Part shown: positions 1 to 10,400 of the stretch, piece by piece | How the letters are laid out: each line of letters starts with the position of its first letter | How positions within the stretch are numbered: position 1 is the first letter of the stretch | Origin: Bacteroidales bacterium | GTDB taxonomy: Bacteria > Bacteroidota > Bacteroidia > Bacteroidales > JAAUTT01 | Length of the DNA stretch: 64,000 nucleotides | NCBI GenBank assembly: GCA_025361285.1 | Contig: JANYAP010000068.1 | Location: 2,696-66,695 of the forward strand | Direction of reading: 5' to 3' | Program-made: the position numbers and the translations under genes | Notes under the pieces: model-generated | Seen by the model: the letters and a program-made list of their open reading frames with translations, nothing else | Told to the model about the DNA's origin: nothing | The model's database searches: none

Positions 1-72
1 ACACTCTTTGCTAACTTATTTAAAACTATGTGGTTTAAAATTTTTATAACTCTTAATTCGCTTAATAACGAT

Positions 73-1155
73 TTACCATTTTTCAACTCTTTTCATAATA
101 TCAGGTTGAATTTTTTCATCGGCTGCAATACACAGCATTAGTCCTTTAGGATCCATAGCTGCAATAAAGTCCTCAATTTCATTTACTTGTAAATCAACCA
201 CTACCGATTTGCCAGCTGCCTGAATTTTTTTAATAAACGGCACCCATTGCATAATTGGTGTATCGTCGCCCATACCTTGTACCCATTGTATGGCATTAAT
301 TTCGGGCATTGCAAGTATATGATCTACATGTTTCGCAACACCTTTACCATCAAGATGGAACACATTATGGCTCATTGGTTTAATTTCGTTGCGTATCTCT
401 TCTAAAGTAAACTCCTCGAATTGTTCAGGCGAAATCATTGCCGCAAAGTCGCAGCTCGGAATGTGCATTTTACCATACGATGGAATTGCCATCCAAGCCA
501 CCGATAGTTGGTTGTGTTTTTTTAATATATCGTCGTAATAATCAAATATTTCTTGAAAATGTTTATTCGATAATTTTATAAGTTCCTTAGTTTCATAGGG
601 GTACATTAACAAGTCGAGGCATAAATTTTGAGGATCGCGCCACGCTGCTGCACAGTCCATGCCTGGGTGCAAATCGGTATAACCAACCATAAATTGACCT
701 TTACATTTTTCGAGTGCCATATAGGTTAGCTCGTCAATTTTTTTAAAGTACGGATTATTTCTATCGAACTTCACTTTTCCAATTTCGGCCCAATCTTCAA
801 TATGCGGTATTGCATACGATGTAACATCTTGGTATTCAAGCTCACAACCATGGTATGCTGCATATACTTCAGGTCCGAGATTGGGGGCAAACACAGGAAA
901 AGTTTCGGCATAAAATTTTTGATTTTTTATTGAATCGATAAACAAATCTACCTGATACTCAGCATCGAACCACCTGTCTTTAAGCGATGCCCATTTTTTT
1001 ACAAGATGAGGCGAAACAGAATATTGTGCGTTGTGAGCGGCAAACCTAATAGGGGCGCGGTCAACAATTTCCTGCTCGTACCAGGCATAAATGCGTTCCA
1101 TAGCCTTGTCGAAATCAGGTTTTTTTTCGAGTTCTAATGTCCATTTCTTTTCCAT
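73..1155 (-). CDS. hypothetical cytoplasmic enzyme, possibly uroporphyrinogen-decarboxylase-like (URO-D superfamily) protein
   Basis: 360-aa ORF with no signal peptide or TM segment. Overall resemblance to URO-D/MtaA-like TIM-barrel proteins, recalled from memory only. Lies next to a sugar symporter and a GntR regulator. Confidence 0.4.
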   Translation of the reverse strand: MEKKWTLELEKKPDFDKAMERIYAWYEQEIVDRAPIRFAAHNAQYSVSPHLVKKWASLKDRWFDAEYQVDLFIDSIKNQKFYAETFPVFAPNLGPEVYAAYHGCELEYQDVTSYAIPHIEDWAEIGKVKFDRNNPYFKKIDELTYMALEKCKGQFMVGYTDLHPGMDCAAAWRDPQNLCLDLLMYPYETKELIKLSNKHFQEIFDYYDDILKKHNQLSVAWMAIPSYGKMHIPSCDFAAMISPEQFEEFTLEEIRNEIKPMSHNVFHLDGKGVAKHVDHILAMPEINAIQWVQGMGDDTPIMQWVPFIKKIQAAGKSVVVDLQVNEIEDFIAAMDPKGLMLCIAADEKIQPDIMKRVEKW

Positions 1156-1210
1156 TGTAGTGTTTTTTAATTAGTTATTTGAGTTTAATTCTAACAACGC
1201 CAACCAAATA

Positions 1211-1268
1211 ATTGAACGCAGAGGCGCGGAGGCACAGAGTTTTCTATTTAAATGCCTCTGCGTTCAAT
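1211..1268 (-). terminator. 15-bp perfect inverted repeat (ATTGAACGCAGAGGC / GCCTCTGCGTTCAAT) with a 28-nt loop, downstream of the symporter gene
   Basis: Arms at 1211-1225 and 1254-1268. The flanking A/T run is weak, so this may be a palindromic element rather than a classic terminator. Confidence 0.4.
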
Positions 1269-1276
1269 TTTATATA

Positions 1277-2317
1277 TCAATTTAAAGTGGCCGCAAAGCC
1301 AACTATTACAATTCCTACAAAAAGTAGCGATAAGCCTCCAATCATATAACGTACAGGGGTTATTCCTGAACCTTTCCATTCGCCTGTAACCATTCCCCAA
1401 AAGTTTCCGCTACCTACCGCCATGCTCTGAATAATGGCAAAGCCTATTGATGCTCCCAACACGCCAAGATTAGATACCGACATGCCGTAGAACGCTACTC
1501 CGCCATACCACATTGCGCCCATAATAAACGTAAATAACCAGTTTATTCCAGTGCCTTTCGAAAAAAATACGGATACATTTCTATTAATTTTAAAGAGATA
1601 GATGCAATATATTAGCGTTACCACAAAACCACCTGCCAAAGCTATAACCCATGTAGGATTTGCAGCATTTAACGGCGATGTACCAAGTTCAATGGCAATA
1701 ATCTCGATAGGTTTCCCATTTATAAGGGCAAAATTGAACATTCCGCCGAAAATCCCTGATACTATGCATATTATAAAGCCTTTAATGAAAAGAGAATTAT
1801 TCGATTTTTTTGTGTCGGTTGCCGAGTCGTTCGAAAGTGCTTTTTCGCGTTTCAGCCCTGCTATAGCACATACTACTATCCCTGCTATCATAATAAGTAC
1901 AGCAAATGAAAGAGTTAACCCACTTGGTTGAAAAAGCTTTTCGGGTGAGTATAAAATAACGGGTAAAATTGCCCCAATGGCGTTATTCAACCCCAAAACA
2001 ATAGCTGTTCCCATGGCTAGTCCAACAATTTTAAGTCCCATTCCGTAGGTAACATTCGCCACTCCCCAACCTGCACCAAACAAAAATACTACAGCTATTA
2101 CTGCTATTGGCGTTTGCACGAAAACCGAAAATATGTTTGGCACGGTAATAATTGCCCATATTAGCGGTAGCACAATGGTTGCCCATAACGAGAACATCAC
2201 CCAAGTATGTTCCCATTGCCACGTTTTAACTTTTTTCATAGGTAAAGCAAACGATCCGAGAAGGATACCTGCTACAATTCCGAGGGTAATACCCATTGAC
2301 ACATTTGTTGGTTCCAT
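1277..2317 (-). CDS. RhaT-family sugar:H+ symporter (L-rhamnose-proton symporter-like)
   Basis: 346 aa with about 10 hydrophobic helices. The N-terminal 'FALPMKKVKTWQWEHTW' resembles E. coli RhaT 'FYAPFKKVKKWSWETMW', and the length matches. Confidence 0.7.
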   Translation of the reverse strand: MEPTNVSMGITLGIVAGILLGSFALPMKKVKTWQWEHTWVMFSLWATIVLPLIWAIITVPNIFSVFVQTPIAVIAVVFLFGAGWGVANVTYGMGLKIVGLAMGTAIVLGLNNAIGAILPVILYSPEKLFQPSGLTLSFAVLIMIAGIVVCAIAGLKREKALSNDSATDTKKSNNSLFIKGFIICIVSGIFGGMFNFALINGKPIEIIAIELGTSPLNAANPTWVIALAGGFVVTLIYCIYLFKINRNVSVFFSKGTGINWLFTFIMGAMWYGGVAFYGMSVSNLGVLGASIGFAIIQSMAVGSGNFWGMVTGEWKGSGITPVRYMIGGLSLLFVGIVIVGFAATLN

Positions 2318-2351
2318 AGTTGTTTTAATTAGTATAAAGTATTGATTAATA

Positions 2352-2386
2352 AGTAATTAGTATTGAGTAATTAGTACTCAGTACTC
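2352..2386. repeat. heptamer-periodic tract (AGTAATT AGTATTG AGTAATT AGTACTC AGTACTC)
   Basis: Five consecutive 7-bp units, read directly in the spacer between two minus-strand genes. Confidence 0.7.
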
Positions 2387-2390
2387 ACTT

Positions 2391-3791
2391 CTAACTATAA
2401 ATCATCTTCAAATAATATTCCTTTTCTTTTAATTCCGTTTCAATATCTGCGTTTTCGAAAAGTATTCGGTGAATAGCATCTTTACACAAAAGCATTGCCT
2501 TCTCGAACATTGGGTTATGTGCGTTTAGTACCGTTGATTGCTGCAACTGCTCCTTAAATGACTGGAAAAAAGGTGTTTCAAATGTTGGCGTAGCCAGTTG
2601 TTGCTTACTAACTGGAAGCATGCCCGATTCGTTGAAAAAATATTCGCTGTTACTATTATTGCCTGTTAATAGTTCTATAACTTTTGCCGAGGCTTTTTTG
2701 TTAGGGCTTTGCGAACAAATGGCCAACGAATGATTGTATTGCCACGAATACGATTTGCCGTTACCATTTGTAGGGTTTGGAAGTATTGTGAAATTGTTTT
2801 CGAAGTCTTCGCGGGTATGCTCCTTCATTATAAATCGAATCCACGACCCATCGGACATAAAAGCTATGTTACCGCGTGCAAACATGCGCCTTATGGTAAA
2901 AATATCGGATGTAAAAACTTTGTGCGTTGAAATAAACTGCCGAAACCATTTTAAGGCCAATATGTTTTCGGGAGTATCGATAATACTGACATTTTGTTTG
3001 GTATCGAACCCTCCGCCAAATGCAATAAGAAATGGGTAAATGCCTAAAAAATCAATCTCGTCGTTCGAACTAACTAATCCGTACGAATACTGATCGTTGC
3101 CTAAACAAGTTCTATCAATGTTTGTACAAATTTCCGAGAAATAATCGAGCGTAAACGGTTTGGTAATATCAACACCTACTTTTTTGATAATAAGATTGTT
3201 TGCCACATGCGCCACAGGGCATAAACCCCACGATACGGAGTATAATTTTCGGTTTATAATACCGCCCAATAAATCGGCTTTGAAAAAGCGATCGTCGAGG
3301 TTTTCTTTAGTAATAAGCTCATCGAGTGGCTCTAATGCGCCCATGGACGAAAAATAGCTAGTCCAAAAATTTGCTAATTGAACCAAGTCGGGCGCCGATC
3401 CATTAGCAATAAGGTTTACCAAATCGTTTTTAAGATTACCATAGGTAGTTGAAACAACTTCAACCTTAATGTTTGGTAATGTGTTGTTTACCTTTTCAAT
3501 TAATTTATTCAAAATTCGTTCGCCTTGCGGACTTTCGCCATACCAAGTAAGGAATTTTATAATCGTTTTTCGATCGGTAACAAAAGTGCCTTTTCCTTGT
3601 TTTTTATCAAGAACGCCATCGGATACCAATAACGACAGTGCCTGACGAATAGTTGATATGCTTAAATTAAACTCCTTCGACAATTCGGCCTCCGATGGAA
3701 TAGCCGATTTAGGTAAGTAAACCCCCGAAGATATTCGTTCGGATAACACCTCTTTTACCTGTAAATACAGTGGTTGATAATTAATTGTCAT
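2391..3791 (-). CDS. GntR-type winged-HTH regulator fused to a family-1 extracellular-solute-binding-protein-like (MalE-type PBP) domain
   Basis: The N-terminus 'PLYLQVKEVLSERISSGVY..PSEAELSKEFNLSISTIRQALSLLVSDGVLDKKQGKGTFV' is a classic GntR HTH. The remainder ('GSAPDLVQLANFWTSYFSSMGALEPLDELI') resembles sugar ABC substrate-binding proteins. There is no signal peptide. Confidence 0.75.
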   Translation of the reverse strand: MTINYQPLYLQVKEVLSERISSGVYLPKSAIPSEAELSKEFNLSISTIRQALSLLVSDGVLDKKQGKGTFVTDRKTIIKFLTWYGESPQGERILNKLIEKVNNTLPNIKVEVVSTTYGNLKNDLVNLIANGSAPDLVQLANFWTSYFSSMGALEPLDELITKENLDDRFFKADLLGGIINRKLYSVSWGLCPVAHVANNLIIKKVGVDITKPFTLDYFSEICTNIDRTCLGNDQYSYGLVSSNDEIDFLGIYPFLIAFGGGFDTKQNVSIIDTPENILALKWFRQFISTHKVFTSDIFTIRRMFARGNIAFMSDGSWIRFIMKEHTREDFENNFTILPNPTNGNGKSYSWQYNHSLAICSQSPNKKASAKVIELLTGNNSNSEYFFNESGMLPVSKQQLATPTFETPFFQSFKEQLQQSTVLNAHNPMFEKAMLLCKDAIHRILFENADIETELKEKEYYLKMIYS

Positions 3792-3817
3792 GGATAAAAA
3801 AATTCATACAGTCATCA

Positions 3818-3831
3818 GTCATTCGAATGAC
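3818..3831. promoter_or_regulatory. perfect 14-bp palindrome GTCATTCGAATGAC, candidate GntR-type operator
   Basis: Sits 27 nt upstream of the GntR-SBP start codon. It fits the loose GT-N-AC dyad typical of GntR operators. A GTCAT half-site is repeated at 3811-3815. Confidence 0.3.
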
Positions 3832-4155
3832 CAAATGTAAACATTATTTTAAAATATCAACATGCTGAACAAAAAAAGTTTAAAGTGGTTATCCAATAAA
3901 TATTAATTCGGTAATCTATTTTAATAATGCTATTTTGATTGTTCGAAATATGCTGAAATACAATATCATATTGAAATATTTCTATTTATTTTAGCATAAT
4001 TTATAACAATACTTCGGTAAACAGGATTTTGGCGACTTGGTGGCTATTGTATAATTTTTGCCACCATATCATAAATACACTAAATTGCCCCAAATCAAAT
4101 AGTTAAAAAAATAATTTGAAAGTTTCCCAAACTATTAATTAAACAATATGAACCC

Positions 4156-4803
4156 ATGAAAACAATAGCATTATTCGGGATATCTGGAAAAACAGGTTCA
4201 ATTCTAGCAAAAAAGCTTGTTGCGAAAAAATTTATTGTTAAAGCATTGGTTCGCAACCCTTCAAAAGTATTTTTTTCGTCGCCTAAGATTTCAATTATTC
4301 AAGGCGATGTTTTAAACTTCAACCAAGTGCTTGACACTATTAGAGATGCAGATGCTGTAATTAATGTAATAGGACACGTAAAGGGTTGCCCAAAAAACCT
4401 TCAAACTATTGCCACGGGTCATATAATAAAGGCTATGAACGAATTACATATCAGTAGATTAATCGATCTAACTGGAAATGCGGTAACTGTAGAGGGCGAT
4501 AATCCTGGAATTATCGACCGTGCATCATTTTTTGTAATGAAACACTTGGCTGGCTTAGCTATGAAAAATCGTTTTAACGATGGTGTTGAGCACACAAGGC
4601 TAATTCAAAATTCAGATCTTGAATGGACTGTTATTCGCGCTCCAGTATTGTTGCCAAAGCCCGCAACAGCTAAAACTTATATAGGAATGGTTGGGCATAT
4701 ACCTGGCCATAGTCTTACTTACGACGATTTAGTTAACGAAATAGTTAACATATTGGTAAATAAATCATTTATTCGACAATTACCATATATTACTAATGGT
4801 TAA
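4156..4803 (+). CDS. NAD(P)H-binding atypical SDR (NmrA/BVR-B-like) protein
   Basis: N-terminal Rossmann motif 'IALFGISGKTGSILAKKL' and about 215 aa in length. Confidence 0.7.
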   Translation: MKTIALFGISGKTGSILAKKLVAKKFIVKALVRNPSKVFFSSPKISIIQGDVLNFNQVLDTIRDADAVINVIGHVKGCPKNLQTIATGHIIKAMNELHISRLIDLTGNAVTVEGDNPGIIDRASFFVMKHLAGLAMKNRFNDGVEHTRLIQNSDLEWTVIRAPVLLPKPATAKTYIGMVGHIPGHSLTYDDLVNEIVNILVNKSFIRQLPYITNG

Positions 4804-4825
4804 TCAATTATCTGTTAATAGTATC

Positions 4826-5320
4826 TTATCCGCGCGCCGATTCCCATATTTCCAAATCCTTAATATTACTGCCATCTATTAAAAACCGAACGGCAGTTTT
4901 TACATTGTGGAAGCCTGTATTGCCCGCAGCACCCGGATTTATATGCAGAAGGTTATATTTCTTATCGAATATTACTTTTAATATATGCGAGTGCCCACAA
5001 ATAAAAAGCTTTGGCGCATTTGTTTGAATAATCGATCGCACCGATGGCTCGTAATTGCCCGGATATCCGCCTATGTGAGTGATTAACACATCGGTTAGCT
5101 CACATTCGAACCTCTGTATATGCGGATAACTTATTCGCACCTTATAATCGTCGATATTGCCATAAACACCTCGAAGCGGTTTAAACGAATCTAAATTATT
5201 AGCCGTTTCCATGTTTCCAATATCGCCTGCATGCCATATCTCGTGGCAGTTTTCGAAAAATGTGTATAACCTATCGTCGATAAAACCATGTGTATCCGAT
5301 AGAAGACCAATTTGTTTCAC
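4826..5320 (-). CDS. YfcE/MJ0936-family metallophosphoesterase
   Basis: Motifs 'LLSDTHG', 'HAGDIG' and 'ICGHSH' in a 164-aa protein. Confidence 0.8.
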   Translation of the reverse strand: MKQIGLLSDTHGFIDDRLYTFFENCHEIWHAGDIGNMETANNLDSFKPLRGVYGNIDDYKVRISYPHIQRFECELTDVLITHIGGYPGNYEPSVRSIIQTNAPKLFICGHSHILKVIFDKKYNLLHINPGAAGNTGFHNVKTAVRFLIDGSNIKDLEIWESARG

Positions 5321-5385
5321 GTAAAATTCGGGTTTTCTGCGTTTCTTTGTAGCGGGGTAATAATTTAAAACTTGGTGTTTTTTAT

Positions 5386-5524
5386 AGTACTTCGGTAATA
5401 GTTTGGCAACTTACTTAATTTTAAATACTTGAGAAATAACTTTAAATACATAGAAACATTTCAACTTGTTTTCTATCTATTTCAACTTGTTAATTATAAG
5501 TAAGTTGAAAAATGTGCCGAAGTG
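5386..5524. repeat. imperfect palindromic intergenic element containing the TTTCAACTT-N13-AAGTTGAAA hairpin
   Basis: Outer arms are TACTTCGGTA (5386-5395) and TGCCGAAGTG (5515-5524). The central hairpin is at 5480-5510, and an extra TTTCAACTT half-site lies at 5459-5467. Confidence 0.55.
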
Positions 5525-5588
5525 TTGTTTAAAAATCTCAATAAATTAACCTTCCGCCTATTTTTCTAATTGTAAAAGTATAAGTTTT

Positions 5589-6287
5589 ATGCAAATTTTC
5601 TACACGCCCGATATTAAAGGGATGGAATATTGTTTTAGCGAAGATGAATCGAAACACGCCATTCGTGTGCTGCGCCTTAATGTAGGCGATGCGGTTCATT
5701 TAGTTGACGGCAAAGGCAATTTATTTGAAGGCGTAATTGAAGACCCTAAGCCTAAAAAATGTAAAGTACTTATAACAAATGTTGTAAACGAATTCGAAAA
5801 ACGGAATTACCACCTACACATTGCCATGTCACCTTTAAAAAACCCCGATCGTTTCGAGTGGTTTCTCGAAAAGGCTACCGAAATTGGTATCGACGAGATA
5901 ACGCCCATATTATGTGAGCGTACCGAAAAGAAAAATCTGAATCACGACCGCTGCAACCGCATTATCGAATCGGCTATGAAACAATCGCTTAAAGCGTATC
6001 ACCCTGTAATGCACAACTTTATAAAATTCGACGAATTTGTTGCTCAGTCGGGTAATTCCATAAAGATGATTGCCTCCTGCGAGGGCGAACGCAAGCTTAT
6101 GAGAGATTGCTATAAAGCTGGTAAACGTTCAACTATTTTGGTAGGACCCGAAGGCGATTTTACCCCTAACGAACTTGCTAAAGCCAATAATGCTGGGTTT
6201 ATACCTATTACAATGGGCTCAGCGCGGTTACGAACCGAAACAGCTGGTGTGGCTGTTTGCCATTCAATTAGCTTTCTTAATTTATAA
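5589..6287 (+). CDS. rsmE: 16S rRNA (uracil1498-N3)-methyltransferase RsmE
   Basis: 232 aa. The PUA-like N-terminus carries 'HAIRVLRLNVGD', and the C-terminus carries 'VGPEGDFTPNE...LRTETA'. Confidence 0.85.
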   Translation: MQIFYTPDIKGMEYCFSEDESKHAIRVLRLNVGDAVHLVDGKGNLFEGVIEDPKPKKCKVLITNVVNEFEKRNYHLHIAMSPLKNPDRFEWFLEKATEIGIDEITPILCERTEKKNLNHDRCNRIIESAMKQSLKAYHPVMHNFIKFDEFVAQSGNSIKMIASCEGERKLMRDCYKAGKRSTILVGPEGDFTPNELAKANNAGFIPITMGSARLRTETAGVAVCHSISFLNL

Positions 6288-6309
6288 TATATACTTATTA
6301 ATGAACTAA

Positions 6310-6480
6310 ATACAAATTACATGTTTTGAGTAAGCAAATAAGGTAATAAGGTTTGTTTTCGGTTCTAATTTGTTCTTCTTCTAAGATTAAAAACCTTATA
6401 TTCATTTATTTAACCTTAGTAGAAAATATAATAAGTTACCTATTTTACCTTATTACCTTATTCCATATTAAAATTTGTAT
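6310..6480. repeat. ~170-bp imperfect palindromic intergenic element
   Basis: Termini are ATACAAATT (6310-6318) and AATTTGTAT (6472-6480). The inner arms AATAAGGTAATAAGGT (6337-6352) and ACCTTATTACCTTATT (6447-6462) are perfect complements and are themselves 8-bp tandem duplications. Confidence 0.6.
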
Positions 6481-6656
6481 GAAAAAATATAAAAACTAAA
6501 GTATCAAAAAAAAACATACCACACTATGCCTGTCGAAGTGTTATTCAGTACCATCTTTTTTCGTTTTTTGCCTACCAGCATCCTTTAGCGCGGTTTAGAA
6601 AAATATTAACTAATAAGTGCCAATAAAATAAATAGTTACCAATAATTACAAGTATT

Positions 6657-7358
6657 ATGACCGGAAAACTATATCTACTGCCGAATCTTTTGGGAGAAGG
6701 AGACCCCAACGAACTATTACCTACAAATGTTTTGCTTATTATTAAGCAATTACGATTTTTTATTGTTGAGGATATTCGCACAGCAAGGCGTTTTCTGTCG
6801 AAAGTAGGTATGGGCGTATCAATTGATACTCTTACGTTTTACACATTAAATGAGCATACTACGGCAAAGGAGTTAGTAAATTACCTCGATCCGTTAAAAG
6901 ATGCCGATATTGGCATACTATCTGATGCTGGCGTTCCAGGTGTTGCCGACCCTGGTGCTGATATTGTGCGTATTGCCCATAAAAATGAGGTTAAGGTAGT
7001 GCCGCTGGTTGGGCCGTCGTCGATACTTATGGCCGTTATGGCATCGGGGCTTAATGGGCAAAGCTTTGCGTTTAATGGCTATTTGCCAATAAAACGACCC
7101 GAAAGAATAAACAAGATAAAATTTTTCGAGAAACGAGCTATTACTGAAAATCAAACTCAGCTTTTTATCGAAACTCCATACCGAAACAATTCCTTGTTGG
7201 AAGACATTGTAAATACTTGTTTACCAACTACTATGATTGGCATAGCTGCCGACATAAGCCTCGAAACCGAATTTATACAAACCAAAACTGCCGAGAACTG
7301 GAAAAAAAACATGCCAGAACTGCATAAACGACCTGCAATTTTTATGATAGGAAAATGA
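6657..7358 (+). CDS. SAM-dependent methyltransferase of the tetrapyrrole-methylase fold (RsmI/YraL-like)
   Basis: 'GKLYLLPNLLGEGD' at the N-terminus and 'LSDAGVPGVADPG' motifs. Confidence 0.6.
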   Translation: MTGKLYLLPNLLGEGDPNELLPTNVLLIIKQLRFFIVEDIRTARRFLSKVGMGVSIDTLTFYTLNEHTTAKELVNYLDPLKDADIGILSDAGVPGVADPGADIVRIAHKNEVKVVPLVGPSSILMAVMASGLNGQSFAFNGYLPIKRPERINKIKFFEKRAITENQTQLFIETPYRNNSLLEDIVNTCLPTTMIGIAADISLETEFIQTKTAENWKKNMPELHKRPAIFMIGK

Positions 7359-7461
7359 ATGCCGTTTGTTTAAGCAAAATAGCTTATTTTAGTATTTATT
7401 TTAAATATATCGATAACAAAATAAGCTCAATACCGTATAACTGCCTATAAAAATTTACCTT

Positions 7462-10400
7462 ATGAACAAAACAGCCATTCTAATACTCGCAACTATTCTT
7501 TTAACTAGCTTTGGTTTAGCGTATTCTCAAACTCCTACAATAGTGCAAATCGACACCATTGCTATTAAAGGAATGCCCCTTCAACCAGTATTGAAAATAT
7601 CGATAAATGTGCCTAATAATAGCTACTCTCTTAAAAAACTGGTAATTAAATCGTATTGCGAAGATTTTTTGGATGTCGATAGCGTTGCCATTTATCGAAC
7701 TAAATATAATAGGTTTTCTGCCGCCGACTTACCCGACGATTGGAGTCATGTTGCGTTAATTACAAAACGCAAAAGCATTTCGGTAACCGATTCCCTTGTA
7801 TCGTTCAGCAACTTGTCGTATCCTTTAAAAATTGGCGATAATTTTATATGGATTTTCCTCGATTTGTCGAAGCAATCAATTGCAGGTCATTCACTTAAAG
7901 TTTCTATTCCAAAGGATTCAATAATAATTAATACTTCGAAGTACCCAGCCACAACTACTTTTTCGAATGTAATTCCTATTCGCCAACTGTATTTCAGCGA
8001 AAATTTCGAAACATTCAATCCTACATCCTTGGAACCAATTGGTTGGACCCAGGACGTACTGTACAATCCTGCTAATTTTCCTGGACCTAATTGGCAATCG
8101 AAGCAAGGTGGATTTGGTTCACCTGATGTAGTTGGTAGTCGAACTCCCGATGCAGCCAAATCGGGAACCTATAATGTGCGCTTGGTTAATCCATCATCTC
8201 AGCCATACATAGTTATGCTTAAACCGAACCCTATTAACTTAGGCTTATCAACAAAGCCTTTTTTAACTTTTTACCACGCACAGGTTGAATGGGATAATTT
8301 AAGTGATTCGTTAGGTGTATATTATAAACTAGGCTCAACAGGAACTTGGAAATTTTTGCGCAATTACACTTTGGCTACAGATTGGAAAACACCTTGGGTA
8401 AAACGCACAATAGTGCTTCCCGACGAAGTTATTAACGATAATTTTTATTTAGGCTTTAAAGGTACAGCACAATACGGATGGGGTGTTTGTATCGATAGTA
8501 TTAAGATTTTCGAAACAGGTATCGAAAACCGATTTATTAAATCGATTGTTACCCGACACCCAAATTTAGGATTTGTGCCTCAAAGTGCTACAAAAAACCC
8601 AATATTGCGTGTAAATGTTAAAGTTAAAGGTAACCAAAATGCTCTTATTCTTAACTCATTAACTGTTACTTCAGGCAATACAAACGATAACGATATTTCA
8701 GCATTGGGTGTTCGTCTTTACACTACCAGCGATTCGGTTTTCGACTTACCTAAACAAATTGGTACTGGCCAAACATTTGCGGCTGGCAAGGTAACTTTCG
8801 GTAGTTTAAACAAAAAAATTGAGTCGGGCGACAACTATTTTTGGGTAACGTACGATGTAAATAGTAATGCTAACCCCTTTAATATTTTAGATGCCTCAAT
8901 TAATGCGGGCGATATGTCGATAAGTGGCGTTGCAGGAAGTTATCCGGCTACCATTCAATCTCCTGCAGGCAACCGAATTGTAAAACAAAGTGTTTTTTTT
9001 GACGATTTCGAAACCGATAAATTATGGGGATTAAGTAGCCAATTTCAACGAGGAACGCCCATGGGCAAGGGAGGTGCAAACGGACGCTCCGATCCTAGCT
9101 TTGCCTATTCGAATAGTAATGTTATAGGTAACGACCTCTCTTTTGATGGCGATTATTCCACTAATTTAACATATGCTACGGCCGATACTGCTACTTCGCC
9201 AATAATTGAAGCTAAATATTTTAAAAACACACAATTAAGCTTTTATCGTTGGTTAAATGTAGGTACTCAGGACTCGGCAATTGTGGAATACAAATACGCG
9301 GGCGAAAGTGCATGGAGGTTTCTTTGGGGGGCAAAAAACAATTCTTATCAGGAATCGAAATGGACTCTTCAAGAATTTAATTCCTCAACAATTATCGATC
9401 GAAAAAACCTTCGAATTCGTTTCCGATTAGGGCCTACAGGTAATTTTAAATTTTCGGGATGGAATATCGATTATTTTTATGTAACTGGCGACAGCGTAAA
9501 ATACGACATTGGCGTAAGTAAATTTATTAGCCCTAAAAGTGCGAGTGGATTAACAGCCAACGAATACCTAAAAGTACGAGTTAAAAATACAGGACCAAAA
9601 ACACTTTCTAATATTCCCATTAAAGCTTCGGTAGATGGCGGAAAGCATTGGATTACCAATACAATTGCAGGACCAATTTTGGTCGACGATTCTATCGATT
9701 ACCAGTTCACAACCGCTACCGACTTAAGCAGGGCTGGTATATACGATGTTATTGTAAAAACTGCCTACTTGTTAGATAATTACTCCAAAAACGATAGCGT
9801 TCTTTTTAAACTCACTTCTATACCAACTTACACTTTGCCATATAAAACTGGTTTCGAAGAAGATACTGTCTTTTGGACGTCGGGAGGTGTAAATTCTTCA
9901 TGGTTGCACGGAACTCCAAATGTTGGTATTATTAATTCGCCTGGCGAAGGTGTTAAGTCTTGGAAGACTAGTAATTGGGACAACGAAGGTTATTATAATT
10001 TAAATGAGAATTCGTACGTTGAAAGCCCTACGTTTAATTTTACTGGAAACGTTGCGCCGATCATCGATTTTAAAAATGCGTTTAATACACAATTTAAGGC
10101 CGATGGTGCTCATTTAGAGTATTCTATAAATGGCGGTGGTTCTTGGTTATATGTTCCTGGCGACACATCACAATTTTCGTGGCCGTGGTATAACGATACT
10201 GTTCAATCGTTATCAAGTAAAATGGGATGGACTGGTTTGGTAGGAGGCTCGGTGCAGTCCTGGCAACGATCAAAGCATTACTTTCCTGAACTATACAATC
10301 AAGCTAATGTAGTGTTTCGCTTTGTGTTTAAGTCCGATAACCCTCCAGTAATTTCTCGCCGAGCAGGTTTTGCTTTCGACGACTTTCGATTATATAATGC

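Noticed and set aside
1602-3357. Plus-strand ORFs of 60-109 aa within the symporter and GntR-SBP genes. Similar short ORFs lie inside other long CDSs, for example 7887-8159, 13165-14146, 38390-39125, 51549-52362 and 55787-57445.
   Set aside because: All are fully nested antisense or out of frame within longer ORFs that have clear family motifs. They are typical AT-rich shadow ORFs.
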